64,000 nucleotides of DNA from Methanobacteriota archaeon (GTDB taxonomy: Archaea; Thermoplasmatota; Poseidoniia; Poseidoniales; Thalassarchaeaceae). The translations under genes and the position numbers were made by a program. Shown here piece after piece: positions 1-10,202 of this stretch. Numbering within the stretch: position 1 is the first letter of the stretch; every line of letters begins with the position of its first letter. The stretch is taken from assembly GCA_004195715.1 (NCBI GenBank), contig PSPX01000006.1:9524-73523 (forward strand), read 5' to 3'. A model generated the notes under the pieces. The model was not told the origin of the DNA, made no database searches, and saw only the letters and a program-made list of their open reading frames with translations.

Positions 1-475
1 CATTTGAATAGGCTTCCAATGGATTGTTGTTCAGATTTAGAAACTCATTCCCGAAAGTGAACGGTTCTATGATTCTCTGACCTTGCTCCCATCTTCCAGA
101 TATGATGACTGAGGCACATAGGGCCTCAGCAGTAGTCAACCTGCCAGGTTTCCCCCACGATACCGAGTTGGCAGCGAGCAAAACTGGCAAAGTCCTTCCT
201 CCAAGCCTAGTATGATGAGATACCTCTCTAATCGCACTGTCAAGGGATTTCCACGAGCAGTCCAAAGCGACAATCGACCCTCCTCGATTGAGCAGTGTGT
301 TATCTTCGGGGCCCTGTAACATACCGGATTGTGGGTTGAGTAGAATCCCCCTCTTGGGAGCTTGGCGCGGATGATGATGCAATTCAGCATGACCCCTAGA
401 TTCCATAGCCCTTGCAGTGCACTTACGGGGATCATCCTGATTCAGGTGAATTACATGAAGAGGAACTTCAGTCAT
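1..475 (-). CDS. tsr3: 16S rRNA aminocarboxypropyltransferase Tsr3 (runs off the window edge; absent from the ORF track)
   Basis: Manual translation from ATG at 475: MTEVPLHVIHLNQDDPRKCTAR...LDCSW...RTLPVLLAANSVSWGKPGRLTTAEAL, which are Tsr3 signature motifs. Confidence 0.9.
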   Translation of the reverse strand, partial: MTEVPLHVIHLNQDDPRKCTARAMESRGHAELHHHPRQAPKRGILLNPQSGMLQGPEDNTLLNRGGSIVALDCSWKSLDSAIREVSHHTRLGGRTLPVLLAANSVSWGKPGRLTTAEALCASVIISGRWEQGQRIIEPFTFGNEFLNLNNNPLEAYSN

Positions 476-974
476 CAGATTCTCCTTTGGCCAAGTAGTC
501 CTCTAAGGCATCTGCGATAGTTAGCCCCCTACCACCTCCCTGCGATAATTGTGCATCATATTCTATGTCAGATTCCCCTAGTAGGGTAATGCCTAGTACC
601 TTCTCCAACTTATTTACCAGCTCATCAGTAGGTCTCGAACCATTCTCAATTCTCTGTATTGTGTTGAGCCTCTCATTCATTCTCATTGCTAGATCCTTCT
701 GCTGCCAGCCTCTTGAAACTCTTTGATTTCTGATTCGTACGTGAAAGTCACCCAATAATACCAACTTCTCTGAGGGGATGTGTTGTCCGCGGGTACTACC
801 CGAATGTTTCTGAAGAGAGTTAGAACTCTTAGACTGAGAGCTTCTAAATGGAGATTCAAATAATTCCAAACCCATAGAATCTATGCATCGTGAACAGGCA
901 TCAACATTGACGTTGGATGCAATTACCTGTCGAGTCTGAATAGCATCCGAACCACACAACTCGCATGTTCCCAT
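468..974 (-). CDS. mbf1: Archaeal multiprotein bridging factor MBF1 (Zn ribbon plus HTH)
   Basis: CELCG...CSRC N-terminal Zn ribbon and C-terminal XRE-type HTH (WQQKDLAMRMNERLNTIQRIENG). Divergent from pan, a known archaeal synteny. Start trimmed to MGTCELC. Confidence 0.88.
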   Translation of the reverse strand: MGTCELCGSDAIQTRQVIASNVNVDACSRCIDSMGLELFESPFRSSQSKSSNSLQKHSGSTRGQHIPSEKLVLLGDFHVRIRNQRVSRGWQQKDLAMRMNERLNTIQRIENGSRPTDELVNKLEKVLGITLLGESDIEYDAQLSQGGGRGLTIADALEDYLAKGESDD

Positions 975-1048
975 GACCCGCCAGAATGGGAATACGAGAT
1001 TACCCTTCGGGTGGGAATGGTCAAAAACTCTGATGAGAGTAGAAGTAT

Positions 1049-2287
1049 GTGTCGAGCGAGGTAGAGGATGTGCCCAAGGGCGACAATGGTCAGATACGTG
1101 AACCACGAGATTCCATCAGAGGGGCCCTCTCATCCGTACAGAATGAATTGAAGGAACTCTCAGAAAGTGCCCAACAACTGCTTACCGAGAAATTGTTTCT
1201 TGAGAATGAGTGTTCCCAATTAAAGAAGCGAGTAAACAGGTTAGATGAAGAACTCAGAAATCTGCGATCTCCACCATTCGTGATTGGATTTGTTCAAGAT
1301 CGTGTTGGAGAGAATGCAGTTGTCAGAAGTTCGAATGGAACAGTCTTCCTAGTCACTGTCAATAGACGTATTGATGAAGCCTCCATAGCGCCCGGGGCAA
1401 GAGTAGCGATGAATCAGGATACCTTGTCTATTATCGAAGTTCTTGACAACGCATGGGACCCATTGGTATCCGGTGCGGAGATACTAGACCGACCCGGAAC
1501 AACATTTTCAGATATAGGTGGGCTCGATGAACAAATAGCCCTATTGAGGCAGTGCATCGAATTACCGCTGGCTAGGCCAGAGGCATTCAGAGAATTTGGC
1601 ATTGAACCGCCGAAAGGGGTTCTCATTACGGGCCCCCCAGGGACAGGAAAGACGATGCTTGCCAAAGCCGTAGCGAATTCCACAGAAGTCACATTCCTCA
1701 GTCTCGTTGGTTCTGAATTGGCTCAGAAGTATATCGGAGAGGGTGGACGCATGGTCAGAGAGTTATTCGAATTGGCAAGGGCTAAATCACCTTCCATTAT
1801 TTTCATCGATGAGATTGACGCAATAGGCTCGAAGAGGCTTGATGTTGCTACATCTGGAGATAGGGAGGTTCAGAGGACTCTGATGCAACTTCTTGCTGAA
1901 CTTGACGGATTCAATTCACTGGATAATGTCAAGGTAATCGCTGCTACGAATCGCCCTGAGTTGCTTGATGCGGCACTATTGAGGCCCGGCAGATTCGATA
2001 GGATAATCACCATAAATAATCCAAATTCCGAGGCAAGGGAGTTGATATTTGAGGTGCATTGCAAGCACATGCCGCTGACAGATGGTGTGAATTATCGTAA
2101 ACTGGCTATCGCTACTGATGGATACAGTGGAGCTGAAATCAAATCTGTGGTCATCGAAGCTGGAATGCAAGCGATAACAGATGGCAGATCCTCATGCAAT
2201 CACAAAGATTTCACAGATGCAATTTCAAATATCGACGTCAAACGCAATGAATCCGACTATAGTGGTCCGGATTCCCTATATCGCTGA
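1049..2287 (+). CDS. pan: Proteasome-activating nucleotidase (AAA+)
   Basis: N-terminal coiled coil, GPPGTGKT Walker A, IIFIDEID Walker B, ALLRPGRFDR, C-terminal HbYX motif (LYR). Confidence 0.95.
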   Translation: MSSEVEDVPKGDNGQIREPRDSIRGALSSVQNELKELSESAQQLLTEKLFLENECSQLKKRVNRLDEELRNLRSPPFVIGFVQDRVGENAVVRSSNGTVFLVTVNRRIDEASIAPGARVAMNQDTLSIIEVLDNAWDPLVSGAEILDRPGTTFSDIGGLDEQIALLRQCIELPLARPEAFREFGIEPPKGVLITGPPGTGKTMLAKAVANSTEVTFLSLVGSELAQKYIGEGGRMVRELFELARAKSPSIIFIDEIDAIGSKRLDVATSGDREVQRTLMQLLAELDGFNSLDNVKVIAATNRPELLDAALLRPGRFDRIITINNPNSEARELIFEVHCKHMPLTDGVNYRKLAIATDGYSGAEIKSVVIEAGMQAITDGRSSCNHKDFTDAISNIDVKRNESDYSGPDSLYR

Positions 2288-2333
2288 TGAGCAATCCTCA
2301 TCACTCGTAAGCCCGAGGGGGCGCTGTGGTCTC

Positions 2334-3377
2334 GTGTTGATTGAGTGCGTCCCAAATTATAGTGAAGGTAGAGACCCTGCCATTATCGATGCTATTACAA
2401 ACTCCATTAAATCAGTAGATGATGTTTCAATCTTAGATGTAGACATGGGATATGACTTCAATCGCACTGTTGTAACGATGGTGGGGCAACCCGAATCTGT
2501 ATTAGAGGCAGCAATTTCGAGCACTGCAGTTGCAATAGAACTAATCGATATGAGAAAGCATCAGGGTGAGCATGCTAGAATGGGTGCTGTTGACGTAGTC
2601 CCATTTATCCCACTAGAGGGTGCTACGATTGAAACCTGTATATCCCTATCAGAGAGGTATGCAGAAGCAGTGTCGGAACTATTTGATCTGCCTGTATTTC
2701 TGTATGCAGAATCTGCCCGAAGCGATCAGAGAATCAGGCTACCGGATATCAGAAGGGGCGAATACGAAGGGCTCGACACAAAAATCACTACCTCTGAATG
2801 GCTCCCAGATTACGGACCCGCAGAGTTCAAACCCAGTATGGGAGCTACCGCAACGGGTGCTCGCCAGATTTTGATTGCCTACAATGTCAATCTCAATACA
2901 TCAGATAAGAAGAAGGCCAATTCAATCGCCGGAACCATTCGAACTAGTGGTGTGATTCAACGTGATAAAAATGGGGACAAGTTGCTTTCCGATGATGGTA
3001 AATCAATTAGGAAGCCGGGAATGTTTCAGCATCTCCAAGCTGCCGGATGGATGTATGACCAAGATACGGCCCAAGTCTCAATGAACCTGTTAAATCACAA
3101 TGTTACTGGATTGCATACAGTGACCGATGCCATTCTAACGGAAGCAAGAAAAATCGGTCTCGAGGCAATAGCAGGAGAATTGGTGGGACTGGTGCCCTTG
3201 AGTGCAATGGTCAGTGCTGGGAAGCACTACCACGATGAGCCGGATAGCGCTGATTCTGCTACATTAGTACAATCAGCAATTAATGGCCTTATGTTGAGTG
3301 AACTCAAAGAATTCGATGCCTACAACAGCATCATAGAGTGGTCAGTCGAGAGGAATTTGGGTGATCGGGTTGAATGA
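2334..3377 (+). CDS. ftcD: Glutamate formiminotransferase (FTCD N-terminal part)
   Basis: LIECVPNYSEGRD, IDMRKHQGEHARMGAVDVVPF, AQVSMNL motifs. Start trimmed to GTG 2334. Confidence 0.93.
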   Translation: MLIECVPNYSEGRDPAIIDAITNSIKSVDDVSILDVDMGYDFNRTVVTMVGQPESVLEAAISSTAVAIELIDMRKHQGEHARMGAVDVVPFIPLEGATIETCISLSERYAEAVSELFDLPVFLYAESARSDQRIRLPDIRRGEYEGLDTKITTSEWLPDYGPAEFKPSMGATATGARQILIAYNVNLNTSDKKKANSIAGTIRTSGVIQRDKNGDKLLSDDGKSIRKPGMFQHLQAAGWMYDQDTAQVSMNLLNHNVTGLHTVTDAILTEARKIGLEAIAGELVGLVPLSAMVSAGKHYHDEPDSADSATLVQSAINGLMLSELKEFDAYNSIIEWSVERNLGDRVE

Positions 3378-4005
3378 TGGGTACCGTGAGATTCTCGATG
3401 CCATAGCATCTGATTCACCCACTCCTGGGGGCGGTTCTGTTGCTGCTCTCTCGCTTGCCCACGCCCACGCCCTAGTGTGCATGGTGGCTAGACTCACTCT
3501 AAAGAGTGGTAAATGGGAATCAGGGCATGATACGGCAACGAGAGTCCTTGACGGGTCCCATAAGGGTATTGCGAACGCCATCGATCTAGCACGTAGGGAT
3601 GCAGAATCATTTGACTCTGTGATGCTTGCGTTTAGGATGCCAAAAACCACCGATGAGGAGCTTTCACAAAGGCGTTCAGCAATAGCAAAGGGCTACCTGA
3701 AGGCCTCAAAAGTCCCGTTGGAAACCGCTGAAACAGGAGTCGTACTTCTACAGGGAATTGCAGAATTTGCTAGCAACTGTAATGCCAATGCGATTACTGA
3801 TTTAGCGGCCGCTGCTCAATTAGCCCACTCATCGGTATCTATAGCCGCATTAAACGTCAAAATAAATCTTGATTCGTTGGACGATTCGTTCGGACCGGAC
3901 TTCAAAGATGAGGCTTTTGAGATGTCTGTAATGATTGAAAACTTGGTAGTTGATGCTGAAGGTCATGAAGAAGAAATCAGCCAAATTGTTGCAGGTAGGA
4001 TCTGA
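3370..4005 (+). CDS. Formiminotetrahydrofolate cyclodeaminase (FTCD C-terminal domain)
   Basis: ASDSPTPGGGSVAAL and NVKINL motifs; overlaps the end of the formiminotransferase gene. Confidence 0.9.
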   Translation: MNDGYREILDAIASDSPTPGGGSVAALSLAHAHALVCMVARLTLKSGKWESGHDTATRVLDGSHKGIANAIDLARRDAESFDSVMLAFRMPKTTDEELSQRRSAIAKGYLKASKVPLETAETGVVLLQGIAEFASNCNANAITDLAAAAQLAHSSVSIAALNVKINLDSLDDSFGPDFKDEAFEMSVMIENLVVDAEGHEEEISQIVAGRI

Positions 4006-4009
4006 TAAT

Positions 4010-6016
4010 ATGGAGTTCGCCGAGGACGTTTGCATAGGCATTCCTGCCGAAATACCTGACCAGGCCGCCATCGACGACGCACTGGACCATGCCCCTTCGC
4101 GCCCGATTCACTTGACACCCAATCAGAAACGATTAGCGTTACGAAACGCCCTCAGGTACTTCCCCTCTGAGTGGCACGCTGAGTTGGCAACAGAATTCGC
4201 ATTAGAGCTAGAGTCTCTAGGACACATATACATGCACAGATTTAGACCCAAATACTCGATGCATGCTAGATCAATCTATGAATATCCTGCAAAGAACTTA
4301 CACTGCGCGGCAATTATGATGATGATTCAGAATAATCTCGACCCAAATGTTGCACAATACCCACACGAACTGGTTACATACGGTGGTAATGGTACTGTTT
4401 TTCAAAACTGGATTCAATATAGACTAACAATGTCCTATCTGGCTTCAATGAGTGAGAATCAGACATTGGTGATGTATTCTGGTCATCCATTAGGACTATT
4501 TCCATCCAATCCAAATTCCCCAAGGGTCGTGGTGACTAATGGAATGGTCATACCCAATCACTCATCTCAAGATGACTATGAATTGATGAGTGCTGTTGGA
4601 GTCACTCAGTATGGTCAGATGACTGCGGGTTCCTACATGTACATAGGTCCACAGGGAATAGTCCACGGAACAACGATAACTCTGTTGAATGCTGCTCGGA
4701 AGTACATCGGGATTAGTGCCGAAGACGGATTGGGTGGCATTCTGTATGTCACTTCTGGGCTGGGTGGAATGTCAGGTGCTCAAGCTAAGGCCGCAGTCAT
4801 ATCAGGTGCAGTTGCAATTATTGCTGAGTGCAATGAATTCGCAGCCCAAAAGAGATATCAACAAGGATGGTTGTCTGAAATATACTACGATTTGGAACCC
4901 CTTCTTGACCGTGCAGAACAAGCCAAATCTCAACGTGAAGCAGTGTCTTTGGGTTTCGTAGGTAACATAGTCGATCTCTTGGAAGGCCTCATAGATCGGC
5001 AAATATGCCCGGAGTTGGGGAGCGATCAGACAAGTCTGCACAACCCATGGCTAGGCGGGTATATGCCTGTAGGAATGAGTTTTGATGATGGAATCAAGGC
5101 TCTAAGGGAAGAACCCGAACGGTTCAGGCGTTCAGTCAAGGCGAGTCTGATTCGACACGTCAATGCGATAAACACTCTATCTGAACGCGGCATGCACTTC
5201 TGGGACTATGGTAACGCATTCCTCCTAGAAAGCTCCAAGGCAGGTGCTGACGTCATTTCCGAGAGCGGTGATTTCCGGTATCCCTCGTATGTAGAAGATA
5301 TCATGGGGCCAATATGCTTCGATTATGGATTCGGCCCTTTTAGATGGGTTTGCACCTCAGGGTCTCAAAAAGATCTAGATGTAACAGATGACATTGCTTC
5401 GGGCATACTCAGGGAGTTAATCAATTCTGCATCGGAGGATACCCGGCTCCAGTATGCGGATAATTTGAGGTGGATTGAGAATGCAAATGCTCACGACCTA
5501 GTTGTTGGCACCAAAGCCAGAATTCTATACGCCGATGAATCTGGAAGGAGAGGTATAGCTTCTGCATTCAACAAGGCCATTTCTACTGGCAGAATCTCTG
5601 CCCCGGTAGTGATTGGCAGAGACCATCACGACGTGGGTGGTACTGACAGTCCGTACAGAGAGACATCCAATATCAAAGATGGTTCGATGTTTTCTGCGGA
5701 CATGTCGGTTCACAACTTCGTTGGTGATGCTTTCAGAGGGGCCACATGGGTTAGTTTGCATAACGGCGGAGGTGTCGGATGGGGAGAGGTAATCAACGGA
5801 GGATTCGGCATGGTACTGGATGGTTCGAATCAATGTGAAGAACGGATTCAGTCAATGATATCCTGGGATGTTAACAATGGAATCGCTCGCAGAGCATGGG
5901 CCAACAATCCCGGTTCTGTTTCATCAATCAAACTTGCAATGAACCAGAACAGTGGACTCTCAATCACACTACCTAATGTTGTGGACGAGAGGATTTTGTC
6001 TAACCATTACGACTAG
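4010..6016 (+). CDS. hutU: Urocanate hydratase (long form)
   Basis: NNLDPNVAQYPHELVTYGG, GQMTAGSYMYIGPQGIVHGT, DQTSLHN, GRDHHD, HNGGGVGWG. Confidence 0.96.
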   Translation: MEFAEDVCIGIPAEIPDQAAIDDALDHAPSRPIHLTPNQKRLALRNALRYFPSEWHAELATEFALELESLGHIYMHRFRPKYSMHARSIYEYPAKNLHCAAIMMMIQNNLDPNVAQYPHELVTYGGNGTVFQNWIQYRLTMSYLASMSENQTLVMYSGHPLGLFPSNPNSPRVVVTNGMVIPNHSSQDDYELMSAVGVTQYGQMTAGSYMYIGPQGIVHGTTITLLNAARKYIGISAEDGLGGILYVTSGLGGMSGAQAKAAVISGAVAIIAECNEFAAQKRYQQGWLSEIYYDLEPLLDRAEQAKSQREAVSLGFVGNIVDLLEGLIDRQICPELGSDQTSLHNPWLGGYMPVGMSFDDGIKALREEPERFRRSVKASLIRHVNAINTLSERGMHFWDYGNAFLLESSKAGADVISESGDFRYPSYVEDIMGPICFDYGFGPFRWVCTSGSQKDLDVTDDIASGILRELINSASEDTRLQYADNLRWIENANAHDLVVGTKARILYADESGRRGIASAFNKAISTGRISAPVVIGRDHHDVGGTDSPYRETSNIKDGSMFSADMSVHNFVGDAFRGATWVSLHNGGGVGWGEVINGGFGMVLDGSNQCEERIQSMISWDVNNGIARRAWANNPGSVSSIKLAMNQNSGLSITLPNVVDERILSNHYD

Positions 6017-6052
6017 CGCGATATTCTAATGCTATGAGTCGTGCGAAATACG

Positions 6053-7588
6053 ATGGGGAAGCGCACTGTATCGCTTAACGGCAGTTCACTAACAATCAAG
6101 GATGTGCTAGATGCTGGTAAAGGCTCAGCAATTATTGAAATTGATGAATCTGCTATAATAGCAATGACTGAGAGCAGGTCTGCTGTGAAGAGGATTCTCG
6201 AGAAAGGAGAAGTTGTTTACGGAATTAACACTGGTTTTGGTGCGTTGTCTAGTGTCACCATCGAGCATGACCAACTAGAGCAGTTACAATACAATCTCAT
6301 CCGCAGTCATGCATGCGGAGTAGGAGATGCGATGGAATCTGAGCACGTACTGATGATGATGGTAATTCGGGCAAACACCCTATGCATAGGACACTCCGGC
6401 TGTCGTCCAGAGGTTGTTGAGTTGCTTGTTCAGATGGTCAACGAGGGCATTGCACCTATAGTTCCCAGAATTGGCTCACTAGGGGCATCAGGAGATCTGG
6501 CACCACTATCGCATATGGCTCTTGGAATGATTGGAGAGGGCGACTGTCATGTACGACATGGAGATATCTGGACAGAACCTCAAACATCTGCATCAGCACT
6601 GGAGCAAGCCGGAATTGTACCGTTGATATTACAGGCCAAGGAAGGACTTTCTCTGATTAATGGCACCAGTCAAATGTGTGCGTACCTCTCAATCTGTATG
6701 ATGAACATGGATCATCTAGTTTTTGCCGCTGATGCCTCTGCTGCTTGTTCTGTTGAGGCGATATATGGTTCACACACTCCTTTCGATAGTAGGGTGCACA
6801 GTGCTCGACCTCAGAGGGGTCAATCAATATCAGCAGCACGTATTTCCAGTTTACTCATGGGTTCTGAAATTAACGAATCACATATCGATTGTGGAAGGGT
6901 GCAAGACGCGTATTCATTCCGATGCGCCCCTCAAGTCCATGGACCAGTAATCGATTTACTAGCCGAATCTAGGCGCATGCTTGAGATTGAGATAAACAGC
7001 GCTACAGACAATCCCCTCATATTCACCAATGGCTCGAAAGATGATGTAATCAGCGGAGGAAATTTCCACGGTCAGAATTTGTCACTTGCGGCGGATGCGT
7101 TGGCAGTGGCTTGTCATGAGCTCGCATCGATTTCTGAAAGACGTATCAACCATGTAATGGATCCGCAATGGACTGGGCAGAATGCATTTTTATCAAATAT
7201 TGAGGGGCTTGAAAGTGGACTGATGATAGTCCAATACGTTGCTGCAGCACTTATATCGGAATTGCACCTCTTGTCCAATCCCGTATCAATTAGCAATGTA
7301 CCGGTTAGTCTGGGCAAGGAGGACCACGTGTCCATGGGCGCAACAAGCACGTTCAGGAGTATGCGATCCACTGTGTTGTTATCTCAAGTAATAGCAAACG
7401 AGTTAATTTGCAGTAATGAGGCATTACGGCGCACTGATTTGGACGCTGGCCTAGGAGTTCGCAAGACGACAGAATGGGTCAGTTCTCAAGTCCCTGCTCT
7501 CACATCGGATCGAGCTATGTCCGAGGAATGCATGAATCTGGCTCGAGCTCTGCTCTTAGGTGGGCTTTCAGAGGCACTAGGTGAATAG
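6053..7588 (+). CDS. hutH: Histidine ammonia-lyase
   Basis: VYGINTGFG, MIO-forming GASGDLAPL, QDAYSFRCAPQVHG, SGGNFHG, EDHVSMG. Confidence 0.96.
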   Translation: MGKRTVSLNGSSLTIKDVLDAGKGSAIIEIDESAIIAMTESRSAVKRILEKGEVVYGINTGFGALSSVTIEHDQLEQLQYNLIRSHACGVGDAMESEHVLMMMVIRANTLCIGHSGCRPEVVELLVQMVNEGIAPIVPRIGSLGASGDLAPLSHMALGMIGEGDCHVRHGDIWTEPQTSASALEQAGIVPLILQAKEGLSLINGTSQMCAYLSICMMNMDHLVFAADASAACSVEAIYGSHTPFDSRVHSARPQRGQSISAARISSLLMGSEINESHIDCGRVQDAYSFRCAPQVHGPVIDLLAESRRMLEIEINSATDNPLIFTNGSKDDVISGGNFHGQNLSLAADALAVACHELASISERRINHVMDPQWTGQNAFLSNIEGLESGLMIVQYVAAALISELHLLSNPVSISNVPVSLGKEDHVSMGATSTFRSMRSTVLLSQVIANELICSNEALRRTDLDAGLGVRKTTEWVSSQVPALTSDRAMSEECMNLARALLLGGLSEALGE

Positions 7589-8320
7589 ATGCAAGAACGT
7601 CTGCATATGTCTAACCATCCCGGCACCAATCCAGAGCCGTTCACCACCACTGTTGCTGAAATAGATGAGAATTTCATTATGTTGAGTGAATCCTACTGTT
7701 ATCCACGGGGCGGGGGACAACCAGGAGATAGAGGATCATTCTATGGGAATTGGGGAGATGCAGATTTCGGTGAGACGCTTGGAGGCGAATTCATACGTCA
7801 TCCGGTAGATTCACCGGAGAAATTCTCAGTAGGCGAACAAATAGAATGCAGAATCAATCATGATGTTAGAAACCGTCATGCCAAGATGCATACCGCACAA
7901 CACATCGTTTCTGCTATGGCCGATGATTTGTGGGGTGCTGAGACAGCTGGAAATCAGATTAGTACAGATTACACTAGAATAGATTTACTGTTTGAAAATA
8001 GAGAGGTATACGACTCCCAAATATTAGAAGACGCGGTGAATGATATCATCGGCTCGAATACTGAGGTGTTGGTACATGATTGGTCCAGAGAGAAAATTGT
8101 CGGACATGAACAGATGCGGCATACGAAATTCATGGATCGAATACCGAGTTCAATTCCAACACTGAGAGTTGTAGAAGTCCAGGGCATCGACCTATGCCCT
8201 TGTGCAGGAACACACGTCGCAAATACTGATGTTGTGGAACCAATAACAATTACGAATGTCAGATCCAAAGGCGCTGGTAAGTTCAGAATTACATATCAAT
8301 TTGAAAATACATTGGAATAG
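7589..8320 (+). CDS. alaX: Alanyl-tRNA editing protein AlaX
   Basis: YPRGGGQPGD, HTAQH (HxxxH) and CAGTH (CxxxH) Zn ligands. Confidence 0.9.
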   Translation: MQERLHMSNHPGTNPEPFTTTVAEIDENFIMLSESYCYPRGGGQPGDRGSFYGNWGDADFGETLGGEFIRHPVDSPEKFSVGEQIECRINHDVRNRHAKMHTAQHIVSAMADDLWGAETAGNQISTDYTRIDLLFENREVYDSQILEDAVNDIIGSNTEVLVHDWSREKIVGHEQMRHTKFMDRIPSSIPTLRVVEVQGIDLCPCAGTHVANTDVVEPITITNVRSKGAGKFRITYQFENTLE

Positions 8321-8332
8321 GTACTATCCTAT

Positions 8333-8408
8333 TGGTGGGCTCGGCAGGAATTGAACCTGCGATCTTCGCCATGTCAAGGCGACGTCATAACCCCTAGACC
8401 ACGAGCCC
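8333..8408 (-). tRNA. tRNA-Val(GAC), CCA encoded
   Basis: Reverse complement GGGCTCGTGGTCTAGGGGTTATGACGTCGCCTTGACATGGCGAAGATCGCAGGTTCAATTCCTGCCGAGCCCACCA folds as a cloverleaf with anticodon GAC. Confidence 0.96.
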
Positions 8409-8725
8409 GAATTTTTTTGGAATCGGTGCGCCCACATGAAGCATTCTATACCTCATCCTACTATCTTAGAAATTCGACCTTCGCATTCTATGTTAGAGCA
8501 TGATCCGGCTACTCGTAATCTACCGTTGGACATCTGTATCAGCTTCGGATTTCTAATGGCCCCGTATGTCTTGCACTTGAGACAGTATCCTGATGCTTGC
8601 ATTTCACTTACCTACACGTGATGAATGCTATTCAACCCATCTAGCAAGGGGTAAAATTACAAAGAGTTAGATAATTCAGATAATCGAGTCACTGAAAGCC
8701 TGTGCCCCCAATCTATTCAAACATT

Positions 8726-8753
8726 GTTTCCGATAACTGTTCTTATCGGACAG
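8726..8753. other. Candidate Xer recombination (dif-like) site
   Basis: GTTTCCGATAA-CTGTTC-TTATCGGACAG: 11-6-11 layout with an ATAA-N6-TTAT core and arms 9/11 complementary, in a long AT-rich gap. Confidence 0.6.
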
Positions 8754-8868
8754 ACTGCGTCTTGAATTCAAGGGTACAAATTCCATTCTAACAGGAATTC
8801 AAAAATTATAGATTGAAACAAGATGCAAATAGGTTCATACAGCAAGAAACAAGAAATTAGGTTTGTAA

Positions 8869-10155
8869 TTATTTATTCGAATTTACAATGGACCCACCAA
8901 TTATCGTCGCGACGATAGGGTTCTCCCCTGGAGTTTGGCACCACCCATCGACTGATTGAGACCATAGAATATTGAGGTCCGCTCGACAACTTTCCACAAT
9001 AGTACCGGTAATAGATGGGTCATCCAAAGTTGTCGAAGGATTCCTTGTAGCAGCTACAAGTGCAGCAAACGGATCGAGGCCCATGCGTGTTGTGGCCAAA
9101 TTCCCAATGAAAGGCATCGATAGAATACGGCAGTTGGGATTGTAGTCCGTTGCAAGTGAGAATGCCCAGTTATTCTCAATACATTGATTCAGTGGCAAAT
9201 CTAGATGTTTACCTAGAACATAGGGTGTCCCTGGTAGAAAAGTCTGCATTGTACCATTATCCGACGCGGCTTGCCTAGACTCTACAGATGACTTGGCCAC
9301 ATGATCTCCGCTAACTGAACCTAATTCCGCTGCTAAGGCCAATCCACCAGAATCTTCGAACTCATCTACGTGCAATCGTGATGGCATTCCATGTTCCGTG
9401 GATGCTCGGACAATATTTTCGGTCTCATCATTAGTGTACCATCCCTCCTCGCAAAACACATCGACCCATTTGGCAATACCCTGTTCCGCTACTGCAGGTA
9501 ATTGTGAACTAACCAATTCTTCAAGGTACTCGCTTCGCTGGCGTCCATGTGGGAAATCATGTGCACCAAGCCATGTCGGTAGTAGATTTACTATGCTGGA
9601 GTTGTTGATGACTTTCATAGCCTCTAGTAATCTTAGTTCTGCATCGATTTCCAATCCGTATCCGCTCTTGGCTTCAATAACTGTGGTGCCGGTCAATACC
9701 GCTTGGTTGGCCCTTACCATCCCGATTCGGCATAAATCATCCAAAGACATGCTGCGAGTACTCTGAACTGTCTTTGCTATACCGCCGCCTGCTTCGGCGA
9801 TCTGACGATAGGTCATTCCTGCCTGTCTGAGGCGCATCTCAGATGAGCGATCACCACCCCAAAGCAGGTGCGTATGACAATCCACTATTCCTGGAATGAT
9901 TGCCTTACCTTTGGCATCGACAACTCTCAAATCCCCCGATTTTTGGTCTGAACCATCCCACCATGGTGCGAACTCCGACTGAAGGGATTCGGAGTCTCCG
10001 ATAATATCGAATTTCGTATCCTGTATCACAATGCCATGACCGGCGGGTAGTATGTTGGCCTCCCTATCGAGCATCGCTGCACCAACAAGTGGTTGCGTTG
10101 CCCTCCCAGAACCCATGTGGGCGACTTCCCCACAGTTGACTATTAGCACGCCCAT
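8869..10155 (-). CDS. hutI: Imidazolonepropionase
   Basis: PGIVDCHTHL, EAKSGYGL, WLGAH, VDVFCE, LHVDE, LATDYNP. Start trimmed to MGVLIVN. Confidence 0.94.
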   Translation of the reverse strand: MGVLIVNCGEVAHMGSGRATQPLVGAAMLDREANILPAGHGIVIQDTKFDIIGDSESLQSEFAPWWDGSDQKSGDLRVVDAKGKAIIPGIVDCHTHLLWGGDRSSEMRLRQAGMTYRQIAEAGGGIAKTVQSTRSMSLDDLCRIGMVRANQAVLTGTTVIEAKSGYGLEIDAELRLLEAMKVINNSSIVNLLPTWLGAHDFPHGRQRSEYLEELVSSQLPAVAEQGIAKWVDVFCEEGWYTNDETENIVRASTEHGMPSRLHVDEFEDSGGLALAAELGSVSGDHVAKSSVESRQAASDNGTMQTFLPGTPYVLGKHLDLPLNQCIENNWAFSLATDYNPNCRILSMPFIGNLATTRMGLDPFAALVAATRNPSTTLDDPSITGTIVESCRADLNILWSQSVDGWCQTPGENPIVATIIGGSIVNSNK

Positions 10156-10202
10156 GCGCCTCGACATACACGATGCTTGAAAGCAGTGCCTGCTTGGAAG
10201 TG

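Noticed and set aside
136..435. 99-aa minus-strand ORF in the track
   Set aside because: It is an alternative frame of tsr3, whose true frame runs off the window edge.
8436..8621. 61-aa ORF in the AT-rich gap
   Set aside because: No motif or SD, and it overlaps the expected tRNA promoter region.
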